Below are positions 19,820-28,983 of a DNA stretch of 28,983 bases, in pieces. The DNA lies in contig CAVSOU010000018.1 of assembly GCA_963729625.1 (NCBI GenBank), positions 1-28,983 of the forward strand, read 5' to 3'. Origin of the DNA: an uncultured bacterium. Lineage in GTDB: Bacteria > Chloroflexota > UBA5177 > JANWHV01. A program made the position numbers and the translations under genes. A model generated the notes under the pieces. That model did not search any database and was not told the DNA's origin. It worked only from the letters and a program-made list of their open reading frames with translations. How positions within the stretch are numbered: position 1 is the first letter of the stretch; each line of letters opens with the position of its first letter.

Positions 19820-20867
19820 TATCTGAGATTCCGACCCTGCCTTCGAAGACAGCAGAACTTTCAGCGCGCTGCGACGCTCTACAATGTCGAAGGCCTGCTG
19901 CCAATCATCTAGTGTGAACTCAGCAGATATAAGTGGCTCTGCCCGAACCAGGCCTCTTTCCAGCAAGTCTAATGCGCGAGTCCAGGCAGACGGTACCGAG
20001 GTGCTGCTGCCGCTGATCGCCAGCTCCTTGTAGCAGATTCTGGTCCAGGTCCCACTGCACAGGCTTGCCGAACAGCCCAACCTGGGTGTATCGACCTCCG
20101 CGCCGCACCAGATCCAACAGCGTGCAGGCGGCGGCTCCGGAACCTGAGCACTCGGCCACAAGATCGGCCTCCATACCGCCAGTAAGCCGTTCGACTGCGG
20201 CGCGACCGGCCTCACTTGCAGCGACTACGGTCTCTTCGGCCCCTAAGCACGACGCCACACAAAGCCGGTGTTCGTCGGCCTCGGTACCCAGAATAAACAC
20301 CCTTGCCCCTGCCGCCCGGAGGACCTGCACGGCGAGCAACCCGATTGTCCCGGGCCCGCTCACGACGGCAACGTCTCCCGGAAGTATCTTGCCTCCGTCC
20401 AACACCCCATGCACGACACACGCCAATGGCTCGGTCAACGCCCCGGCGCGGAAACCCACAGTATCAGGAAGTCGATGCACGTTTCGGGCAGGCACCTCGA
20501 CGAGGGGAGCAAAGGCACCATTCACGGCTGTTCCGAGTGATCGCCGCTGCATGCACAGATTTGCGCGCCCTTCGCGACACGACCGGCAGGCTCCGCAAGT
20601 GGAGTAGTGCGTCTCGCTCGTCACGCGATCGCCGGCCCTGAAGGCGGTGACGCCGGAGCCCAAGCCCACGATTCTCCCTGAAAACTCGTGCCCCAGAACG
20701 ACTGGCGGCCAAGAACGGTACTCGTCGTGGTAAATATGGATGTCCGTTCCACAGATTCCTGCCGCCTCAACGGCAATGAGCACGTGCCCCGGGGGTGGCT
20801 CAGGGTCTCGGACATCTTGCAGCGAAACGTTTCCGTCGCCGCGCGCCGTCTTGACAACCGCTTTCAT
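19820..20867 (-). CDS. Zn-dependent polyol dehydrogenase (sorbitol/galactitol-P dehydrogenase-like), frameshifted near the C-terminus; 3' end approximate
   Basis: MKAVVK start, AGICGTDIH, GHEFSG, CGACRSCREG...C, GPGTIG; continues in a second frame ICYKELAISGS...SALKVLL. Confidence 0.85.
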
Positions 20868-21087
20868 GCCCGCTTCCAAACCACAGCGCAGCGCGATAAC
20901 AGCAGAGTATCCAACTGGCAGTAAGCACACTCCACGAATGGGTGTCAGGCCACGTTGGTCGAGCATCGTGCGCTACATCCCCGGACCTCGCGGGTCTCGG
21001 GGGCACAAGCAGGCGCTCACGAGGTGAGCGTGCTCCTTATTGTACGATACCGACCAATGGAGATCGAACGTGTCTGAGCCACGTCCC

Positions 21088-22344
21088 CAGGGCCATTTAG
21101 TGTTTGGCTAGCCGGATGCCCAGGAGGTGGAGCGCGTGCCGTGGTCGGGCTGCCGTCCGCCGGCAGGCGCTGGCGATGTTGGTCTCGCCGGCCAGGCGAT
21201 GCAGCCCGATGGCGGCGTTGCGTAACGCGGCCAGCACCTGGGGCGTGCTCCCCACGCGCACTTGGGAGTGGTCTTCGTTGAAGGTGACGTCGCGCACATG
21301 GTGCGACCGATTCTCGATCGCCCAGTGGCGGCGGACGTAGGCGAGGATGCGGCGGGCATCGGCCTGGCTGGGCGGCAGGCTGGTAATGCCGTAGAGCGTC
21401 TCGATCTGCACGACTCCCGTCTTGAGGATGGTCCGCTGGCGGACGAGCTGGAAGACCTGCCGGTGACCGGGCCAGGCCAGGAAGCCGACGAGCGCGCTGC
21501 TCAGGGTGAGGGTGCGCCGCTCGAGCCGGCCGTGGCCACGATCCCGGCTGGAGGCGCGGCTCAGGCTGTGTTGGGCCAGGAGGGCGGGGTCGGCAAAGGC
21601 GGTGGCGATGGCCTCGCGCAGGGCGGGCTGGTTGTCTTTGACCACCATGACGTAGTCGGCGCCCGGCCGCTAAGATGGCGCGGGCGATGGCCTGCTGCGT
21701 GAGCAGCGCATCCATGGTCACGACCTGGCCGCGCAGGGGCAGCTGGCGCAAGCAGCGTGTGGATGGCGGTGGTCTCGTTGGTCTTGGCGGGGACGGCGAC
21801 CTGGCCCAGCGTCAGGCCCAGGTGGTGGCTGACCGCGCTCAGGAGGTGGGTCAGCGCGGCACCTTGTTGCCGACTGCCGCGTAAGGTCTTGCCATCGATC
21901 GCCAGCCCGATGCGGGCCCCGGTCCTGGCTGTGTAGCTGCGCCAGCACCAGCGCCGCCCAGCGGCCCAGACACCCCTCCAGCACCGTCCGGTCCAGCCGC
22001 CGAAAGAGCAGGGAGAAGGTCGCGGCACAGGGCATGCGCTCGCCGGAGAAGCCCAGCGCCTGACGCACCACCGCCCCTTGGAGGCGCCCCCACTCGGCGA
22101 TGGCGCTGTAGCTGGAACAGCCGGCAAGTGTCGCCGCCACCGCCAAGGACAGCAGGGCGACCAGGGAATAGCGCCGTCCACTCCTGGACCGTGGATCGGG
22201 CAGGGCCGCGATAGACTGGACGAACGGGAGACCGGGGGCCATTGACTTTCTCCTCACTGCTGGACGTAGGAATCTCAGTGAGTGAGAGGATGGCTTCCTG
22301 TCTCCCGCGTTTTTACCTCAACTGTGGAGAACTAAATGCCCCTG
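21088..22344 (-). mobile_element. Complete ISAs1-family insertion sequence
   Basis: TIRs CAGGGCCATTTAGT (21088) and ACTAAATGCCCCTG (22331-22344), 13/14 match; flanked by direct repeat GCCACGTCC (21078-21086 and 22345-22353). Confidence 0.92.
21097..22242 (-). CDS. ISAs1-family DDE transposase, frameshifted
   Basis: LPDPRSRSGRRYSL, AIDGKTLRGS, KTNE, VVTMDALLTQ, VKDNQP, GHGRLERR, RRHWAIENRSHHVRDVTFNED. Confidence 0.92.
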
Positions 22345-22467
22345 GCCACGTCCACCGCGCTCCGGTCGTGGAATTCTCACCTGTCGTTGGTCTACCAGAA
22401 CATCGCGCCTGCGCGCTCTAGCGAGCTGCCGCGGCCAGGTCACGTCAAGGCATTATAACGGCGGAAC

Positions 22468-23424
22468 TCAGCGACAACCTGTCGTGCGGAGAGCGTCACA
22501 TGCGACCGTGAGCGCGCCCACGAGTCCTGCCTCGTCTCCGAATCGTGCCACGGCGAAGCGCACAGCGTGCCCAGATGTGGGCAGCGTCCGTTGCCGCACC
22601 ACGTCTTGCATCGGGTCAAGCAGGAGCGCCCCAGCCCGTGCAACGCCACCACCGATCACGACAATCTCGGGATTAAAGAGGTTGATGAGGGAAGCAACGC
22701 CGATGCCCAGCGCACGCCCCGCCCGACCCATGATGTCTCGTGCCACCCGGTCTCCCGCCTGGGCCGCACCGGCGACATCTGCGGCCGTCACCGGCGAACC
22801 CTCCCGCCGCAGCGTCGTGCTCGCCCCAGCTTCCAACTGCTCTCGTGCCATACGTGCGATTGCCGTCCCTGAAGCCAGTGCTTCAAGATGCCCCGGGCTA
22901 CCGCATACGCAGATGGGTCCCTCAACGTCCACCGTCATGTGGCCAATCTCGCCCGCCGCGCCGTCCCGTCCCAGCAACAGACTTCCACCGGTAATGATTC
23001 CGCCGCCAATGCCCGTGCTGACGGTCATATAGATGACGTGCTGCGTGCCCACTCCGGCGCCGTAGCGCCACTCGGCCACGGCCGCCATGTTGGCGTCGTT
23101 CCCAACATGGACACTCTTGCCCGTGCGCCGCTCAAGCTGGTCGCGCAGGGGCATCTCCCAGATAGGGAGGGTGGGCGACGCGTGCACGACGCCGGTCCGG
23201 TGATCCACGGCGCCTGAGGTGCCTACGCCCCATCCCAGTATCGCGTCCTCAGGCACGCCGGCCTCCGCACACGCGCGACCGGCCACCACAATCATCGCCT
23301 CGATCAACGCCTCAGTCCCATCGTGCGTTGGCGTCGCCGTCTTGCAGGATGCCAGGATGGTTCCATCACCGCGTCCGACCGCTGCGCGTGTGGACGTTCC
23401 GCCGAGATCGATCGCTACAAACAC
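22468..23424 (-). CDS. ROK-family sugar kinase (glucokinase/allose-kinase-like)
   Basis: AIDLGGT, NDANMAAVAE, STGIGGG, AGEIGH, CVCGSPGHLEALASG, FNPEIVVIGGG; no N-terminal HTH. Confidence 0.92.
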   Translation of the reverse strand: MFVAIDLGGTSTRAAVGRGDGTILASCKTATPTHDGTEALIEAMIVVAGRACAEAGVPEDAILGWGVGTSGAVDHRTGVVHASPTLPIWEMPLRDQLERRTGKSVHVGNDANMAAVAEWRYGAGVGTQHVIYMTVSTGIGGGIITGGSLLLGRDGAAGEIGHMTVDVEGPICVCGSPGHLEALASGTAIARMAREQLEAGASTTLRREGSPVTAADVAGAAQAGDRVARDIMGRAGRALGIGVASLINLFNPEIVVIGGGVARAGALLLDPMQDVVRQRTLPTSGHAVRFAVARFGDEAGLVGALTVACDALRTTGCR

Positions 23425-23943
23425 CTGATGACCTCTTCTGCTTGCTTCTCAATGGGCTTGCCGTCGTTGCCCGCCACGACAGCCTGCATGCTATTCCTGA
23501 GCTTCGAGGGCTCTCGCTCCGTCTCGCGCTGAGCCTTCCCATGCGCTCGGGCTCAATGTGAACGAGCTCGGAACGGTCCTTGATCATGGCGCGCTGCTCC
23601 ACTGGCACTGCACGAGTATGGTAGCACGGATGCCAACTTGCGAAGGCGAGTAACAGATGAGATTCGAATTAAGGAAATCATCTTGCCTGCGGAGGCCGAG
23701 ATACGGATGAAAATCGGGGCTCGGTATGCTTGAGGGCGGGAAGGGGTACAGAGGTCGAGCGGTTTTGGTGCGGAGAGCCCGTAAGGAAATCTGACCGCGG
23801 GTGCGTTTTGGCAATGATGCGTGTGGCCATGGCGGCTCTGTTGGGCGCGGCGATGAGCACGGGAGTAAACTGATGCGTATTCCAAGCACCCCCACCCCGG
23901 AACAAGAGCGACCAAGCCCGTAGGTTAGGATGGGGATACGAGG

Positions 23944-24250
23944 ACGGAGGTAGTATGCGGGCGGTGCGCGGGGCTGGATGTGCACTTGCGACTCGTTCTC
24001 CTGAAATGAGGGTGCAACACGTTCAAGGATGGAGGCTAGATGTCAGCACCTCGCCAGCTACTTACCCGACTTTGGAGGTAGGCGGGGAGGGGCAACCCTC
24101 CTCGCCTGGCCAGCAAGCAGAGCGTCGCAGCCTGCGCGCTGGCCGGCGCCTCCACAGGCGAGGCCAGGCAGGACGTGCGCACGATCGGCACGACGACGCG
24201 GGACCTGGAGGCGCTGAGCCGTTGGCTGGTGGCAGCGGGGGTTGAGCGGA
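23944..24250 (+). pseudogene. IS110-family recombinase N-terminal relic, interrupted at 23986-24114
   Basis: Removing 23986-24114 gives (T)EVVCGRCAGLDVH|KQSVAACALAG...DVRTIGTTTRDLEALSRWLVAAGVE, the DEDD RuvC-like N-terminus. The start codon reads ACG, and similarity stops before the AMESTG motif. Confidence 0.85.
23986..24114 (+). mobile_element. Internally deleted group II intron relic (5' end fused to domain VI/3' end)
   Basis: Starts TTGCGACTCGTT (variant of GUGYG); ends in a DVI-like hairpin GGCGGGGAGGG-GCAA-CCCTCCTCGCC followed by TGGCCAGC; exact in-frame insertion with no target duplication. Confidence 0.7.
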
Positions 24251-24271
24251 GATCTTGCCGGAGTTGACGAT

Positions 24272-24431
24272 CATGGTCTCGTGCCGAGGCGCTGCTGGCC
24301 GCCGCCTCACAGACCTGGGTAGACTTCGAGGCCGTCCGATCATGCCGCTCCTTCAAACCGCACCAATCTGGCAACGCTCGACCAATGCAGCGCATGCGTT
24401 CAAGGAGCTCGTGCTGCGAGATGCGGTAGGC
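24272..24431 (+). pseudogene. Diverged, internally deleted relic of mtnK
   Basis: 24293-24431 aligns with 25369-25504 (TGCTGGCCGCCGCCTCACAGACCTGG...GTGCTGCGAGATGCGGTAGGC); 24272-24296 resembles 25163-25186. Confidence 0.75.
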
Positions 24432-24469
24432 CATGGTCACGAGTATTTACATTGGGAAGGGCACAAAAG

Positions 24470-25712
24470 ATGGGGCATCACAGCGAGGATGGAGGTGGCA
24501 AGCCATATCACGCTGTGAGCGTTCAAGACGCCGCGGCATACGCTGCGGCATGCGCGCCACTGCGCGACATCGTGCCCGCCGGCGGCGAGTTGGAGGCCCG
24601 GGAGGTTGGCGACGGCAATCTGAACCAAGTCTTCCTTGTCTCCAGCGCTTCCGGCGCCTCCGTAGCTATTAAAAGTAGGCCATTCCGTATCTCCGACTGG
24701 TGGGAGAGACGTGGCCACTCACGATGGAGCGAAACACCTTTGAACGCCACGCTTATGCACTCTACACCCAGTGGGTTCCCGATATAGTACCCCGAGTCTA
24801 CCACGAAGACGCTAAGTTGGCGCTGTTTGTGATGGAGGACTTATCCCGGTTGCGCATTGTGCGTGGTGCGCTACTCGAAGGCCACCTGTACACAGACCTT
24901 GCTTCAGCAATCGCTCGCTTCTGCGCCGAGACGGCGCTGCGTCCAAGTGACTTCTATGTCGCGGGCATGGAGAAGAAGGGGCTTGTAGGCGAGTTCTTCA
25001 TCAATCTCAAGCTGTGATGTTACAGGGTCAAGACCTTGTGCTGACGGATCCGTTCTACAACGCGCCCTCAAACAGCTTTGAATCCGAATTGCAGCCGGCC
25101 ATCGGTAATCTGTGGGCCGACCAGCGCACGTGCGATGGCGTTGCCAGGCTGCGCTACGCGTTCATGACCCGCGCCGAGGCACTGCTCCATGGGGACCTGC
25201 ATACCGGCAGCGTGATGGGGAGCGACGCCGAGATCAAGATCCTTGATCCCGAATTCTGCTTCTTTGGACCCATGGGCTTCGACATTGGCATGTTTATCGC
25301 CAACTTGTTCATCAGTGCCGTGGCGCATCAAGCGCTAGCGGGAACTGCCTGTGACTTCGCTGAGACGATGCTGGCCGCCGCCTCACAGACCTGGCTGGAC
25401 TTCAGGTGTCGATCGATGTCGCTCCTTCAAGCTGCGCCGGTCTGGCGACTCTCGACGATGCACAGCATGAATTCATGCATCTAGTGCTGCGAGATGCGGT
25501 AGGCTTCGCCGGCACCGAGATGATCCGGCGTACGATTGGACTCGCGCATGTGGCCGACCTCGACAGGATCACGCTGGGCGGAAGTGCGCCTTCGCGCGAA
25601 GGCGATGACAATTGCCATCGGCCGTGCCCTCGTCAGCATGCATCAGCAGGTCGATTGCTTTGATGAGGTGCTCACCATGGTTCGCAACTTGAGCAGAGTG
25701 ACCTTGGCATGA
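24470..25712 (+). CDS. mtnK: 5-methylthioribose (or 5-deoxyribose) kinase, frameshifted
   Basis: [81 protein letters not shown]. Confidence 0.9.
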
Positions 25713-26793
25713 GCGCCAATGTTGCGCTCGAATCCGTCCTGCGGACGATCGCATGGCAGCAGGTATACCATCACCTGGTCATCCTGCATCAAACCGCGCT
25801 GCCGGGTGAACGGAGTGAAATACCGCTCTATACTATGCAGCATACTTTGACGGCGATCCAGTCTCTGCAAGTGCCAGGAGCGCCGCTGATAGGCGTGACT
25901 GCTGCATTCGGGCTCTACCTCGGAATGCGCGAGGCGCTGGCGAAAGGTGGCGCCGAATCCGCAGTGGAACTATCCCGGTGTGTGAGTACTTGACGAGCGC
26001 CCGGCCCACGGCCGTCAATCTGGCCTGGACCCTGCGGCAAGCGACTACGCATGTTGCGCCGTTCCTTCCTGCAGGCACCGCGGCTCTCCTCGCAGCGCTG
26101 CTGTCGTTTTCGCAGCACGCCCAGACCCAGGATGTGGCTTCAACCGGGCTATCGGCAAGCACGCACTGCCGCTACTACAAGATTGCACCTCGATCCTCAG
26201 GCACTGCAATGCCGGCTGGCTGGCGACGGCCGGCTATGGCGCGGCGCTTTCTGCTGCTGCGGGAACAGAACCGCCGGGTGCCGCACGTGTTCGTAGACGA
26301 GACAGACCCGTGTTGTAACGATCGCGCCTGACCGCGTGGGATCGGGGCAGGCAGGAATCCCGGCAACCCTGACCTGTGACAACATGGCTGCGGCCGTGAT
26401 GGCCGACAGCCGGGTCGATGCGGTGATCGTCGGCTGCGATCGCATGGCGGCGAAAGGGGACTTCGCCAATAAGATTGGCACACGGAGCGTGGCAATCCTG
26501 GCCAAGGAGTTCCATATTCCATTCTATGTCGCCGCGCCGACCTCGTCGATCGACTTCAGCTTGCCCAACGGCACGGGCATTCCGATTGAAGTGCGCTCGG
26601 CTACTGAAGTGCGCAACATTGGCGGCACAGCGATCGCGCCGGACATGACATGCTCAATCCGGCATTCGACGTGACGCCGCATCGACACGTTTCTGTTTCG
26701 GCGGTGGTGAGCGAGCGCGGCACAGCTATGCCGTCGTTTGAGCTGGCCCTGCGCGCGTTCCGCGAAGCCGGGAGCCCGGGAACGCTGGGTTAA
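25709..26793 (+). CDS. mtnA: Methylthioribose-1-phosphate isomerase (eIF2B-alpha-like), heavily frameshifted; 3' end approximate
   Basis: [94 protein letters not shown] overlap with mtnK. Confidence 0.88.
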
Positions 26794-27233
26794 GGCAGGG
26801 TTGGTCCTAGTTGGCCGTGCGGCGTCTGTTTCAGCCAGATTGCCGGCTGGACCGACTTCCTGCCGGTTACTGGAGGCCTGCATCACCTCATGATTTATGG
26901 TTGTGGACCTACGGGTCCGGGTTGTTGCACACGCCTATTTTGCGACACGGGCTATTGCGACCGTTCTCGCGACCCGTATCGCCGGTTTCGTGCGGCGTGG
27001 TTAAATGCGCCCCGCCGGTCCGCCGGGACCGTGCAGCATCACGGTGACCAAGAACTGGCTTCACGGCAGTGACGAGACCGTCAATCTCGGCGGCTCGTGC
27101 CGGCGCCCATGAGGCAGTTGCACCTTTGGCGATGCGGCGGCCAGGAGCGATGCCAGGGGTGGGCGCGGGTCGGAGAACGTGGCAGAAAGGAGCAGCCGCC
27201 ATCGACTATGCTATGCTTACGAAGTACGCTTCC

Positions 27234-28440
27234 ATGAGGGTGCAGGCCGATATCAGACGACCTTTGTTCAGGCACCGCGCACGTGGCTGGCGTATCTGGC
27301 TCTCGGCTACTACGGCTACGTCATCAACGGTCTCGGGCCGGTGATGCCCTTCCTGCGGTCGGACCTCCACCTGAGCTATGCGCAGGGTAGCCTGCACTCG
27401 AGCGATTTGCGCTGGGCATGTTCATCGCCGGACTGCTGGAGCAAGCGCAGTCCATCGTCTCGGCAGGCATCACGCGATGGTATTCGGTCTCGTCGGCCTG
27501 GCGGCCGGCAGTGTGCTCCTGGTTGCCGGACGCGTGGCGGGCTTCACGCTGGGCGGAGCCCTCCTGATGGGGAGCTTGGGAACGCTCGTTCTCGTCCTTG
27601 TGCCGGCAATCCTTGCCGACGAGCACGGTGCGTCTAGCGCAGTCGCTCTTAACGAAGCGAGTGTAGTGTCGAGCTCCTGTGCGGTGCTAGCGCCCCTGCT
27701 CGTCGGCGGGCTCGCGCGCACCGCCTTTGGCTGGCGCACCGGCTTCCTGCTCGGCGGCCTGATACTCGTGCCCACCGTCCGGCAGCTTCGTAGTATCGCA
27801 ACGCCGATGGGCCCTGCCTCAAACAGCAAGCCGGTGCAACGCCGCCCACTCCCGCCTGCCTACTGGGTCTACTGGCTGCTGCTTGTCTGCTGCGTCTCGC
27901 TGGAATTCTCGATGATCTTCTGGACCGCCGATCTGCATCGTCGCCCATGTGCAACAGGACAGCGCGGCGGCCCTGGTCAGCGTCTTTCTTGTGGGGATGG
28001 TCGTGGGCCGTGTCGCGGGCAGCTGGCTGGCGCGCCGCTTCAAGGCGCATGCCATGCTTTTGCCCGCTCTGGCAGTGACGGCCGTGGGCTTCCCGATGTA
28101 CTGGCTGATCGGGATCACACCGGTACGCCTCGCTGGACTCTTCCTAACAGGCATCGGCATCTCCACGCTCTACCCCCTGGCGCTCGGCAGAAGCCCTCGG
28201 CACGGCCCCGGGGAGAAGCGCCTCGGCCAGTGCCAGGGCCACCCTTGCCTCTGCGACGGCGATCGGCATTGCGCCATTGCTACTGGGAGAAACTGTCCGA
28301 TCGCGTCGGGATTAACGCAGCGGGCATGCAACCGTCGGCGTGCTCATCCTTCTCGCGATGGTCACCAGCCAAGTCGCCCGCCAGACAGCATCCGATCTGG
28401 AAACAAGACAAATCGAGGACCGCGCGGCGTCCTGTTAGCG
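27234..28440 (+). CDS. Major facilitator superfamily transporter, frameshifted; ends approximate
   Basis: LAYLALGYYGYVINGLGPVMPFLRSDLHLSYAQGSLH, AVLAPLLVG, VSLEFSMIFW, FLVGMVVGRVAGS, GIGISTLYP; many hydrophobic segments across frames. Confidence 0.8.
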
Positions 28441-28709
28441 AGCGCTGTCTTGTGCCTGTAGCCCGTCTGCCTCGCTTAACCTTGATCAGATTGTGCACGT
28501 GCCGGCCGGAGCAGCGGCTGCGCTCCTGCAACTGCGGACAGTGGACGGCACGGTGCTCGGGATACTAGATCGCTGCACCTTGCGCCAATGATGTGCACCA
28601 AGCGAGCGCAATCGGTGCAGCGCTCGGGAACTGGCCGGCGTGCGGGCCTCGGCGCCACGCGGCCAGCAGGAGCATTTGCAGCTAGCAGGACATTGCTCTG
28701 CCACTACCT

Positions 28710-28983
28710 AGCTGGCGAACAACTCACTTGAGGTTGCACGCCGGCCTGGTCATCCTCCAGCCTGGAGCCGAACGTCCCGCCGTTATGCCTCGGCAAGTCC
28801 GGGTCTTGGGATGTAAACAATAGGCACAATGATCACACGAGCCTGGTAGGCGCTGTTCAGTCGAGCGATGCCGGGGCGGAACGTCTGGCTGCATATTCTT
28901 GCACTACCAGGAACCATGGTCTTGGCACGCGCGGATCGCCTACTCCCAAGCATCACTGCCAACGGAGCCGTGCGATCATCGGG
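28710..28983 (-). CDS. Possible C-terminus of a frameshifted gene entering from outside the window (ATP-grasp-like)
   Basis: Fragments across frames read DAWE.AIRA, LVVQEY, IIVPIVY, GGTF.SRL, loosely resembling ATP-grasp C-termini. No continuous ORF. Confidence 0.25.

Noticed and set aside
19637-19820. Open frame continuing beyond the ADH C-terminus with short CAGGGA/CAGGAG repeats
   Set aside because: Low complexity, probably read-through caused by an indel; no domain evident.
24006-24050. MRVQHVQGWRLDVS as an alternative IS110 start
   Set aside because: Lies inside the intron-like insert; the upstream EVVCGRCAGLDVH matches far better and joins in frame.
26900-27035. Several hairpins between mtnA and MFS (GGACC-TACG-GGTCC, CGGTCC-GCCG-GGACCG)
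   Set aside because: Short stems are expected at this GC content; no riboswitch consensus or U-tract recognised.
1-28983. CRISPR arrays, tRNA/rRNA genes, defence or phage genes
   Set aside because: No regularly spaced repeats or matching motifs seen by eye.

Overview
GC-rich bacterial window, probably a partly uncorrected long-read assembly because many recognisable genes are split by 1-2 nt indels. It is mostly a mosaic island for sugar/polyol catabolism: two PfkB kinases, a cyclase-family hydrolase, a TPP-dependent E1alpha/E1beta/E2 cluster with no E3, two Zn-alcohol dehydrogenases, a ketose-3-epimerase-like TIM barrel, a monosaccharide ABC transporter, a DhnA-type aldolase, an Rpe/AlsE-like epimerase, a xylulokinase-like kinase, a ROK kinase, two intact DeoR regulators plus two relics, mtnK-mtnA and an MFS transporter. 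Most notable non-coding signal: one sigma70 promoter-operator-leader module occurs three times (936-1052, about 11851-12010, about 16770-16930) and links three separate operons into one apparent DeoR regulon. Mobile-element debris includes a complete ISAs1 element, a 129-bp MITE-like element at the breakpoint of an inverted deoR duplicate, an IS110 recombinase relic interrupted in frame by an internally deleted group II intron, a decayed mtnK copy, and the 3' end of an uncharacterised transposase-like gene.
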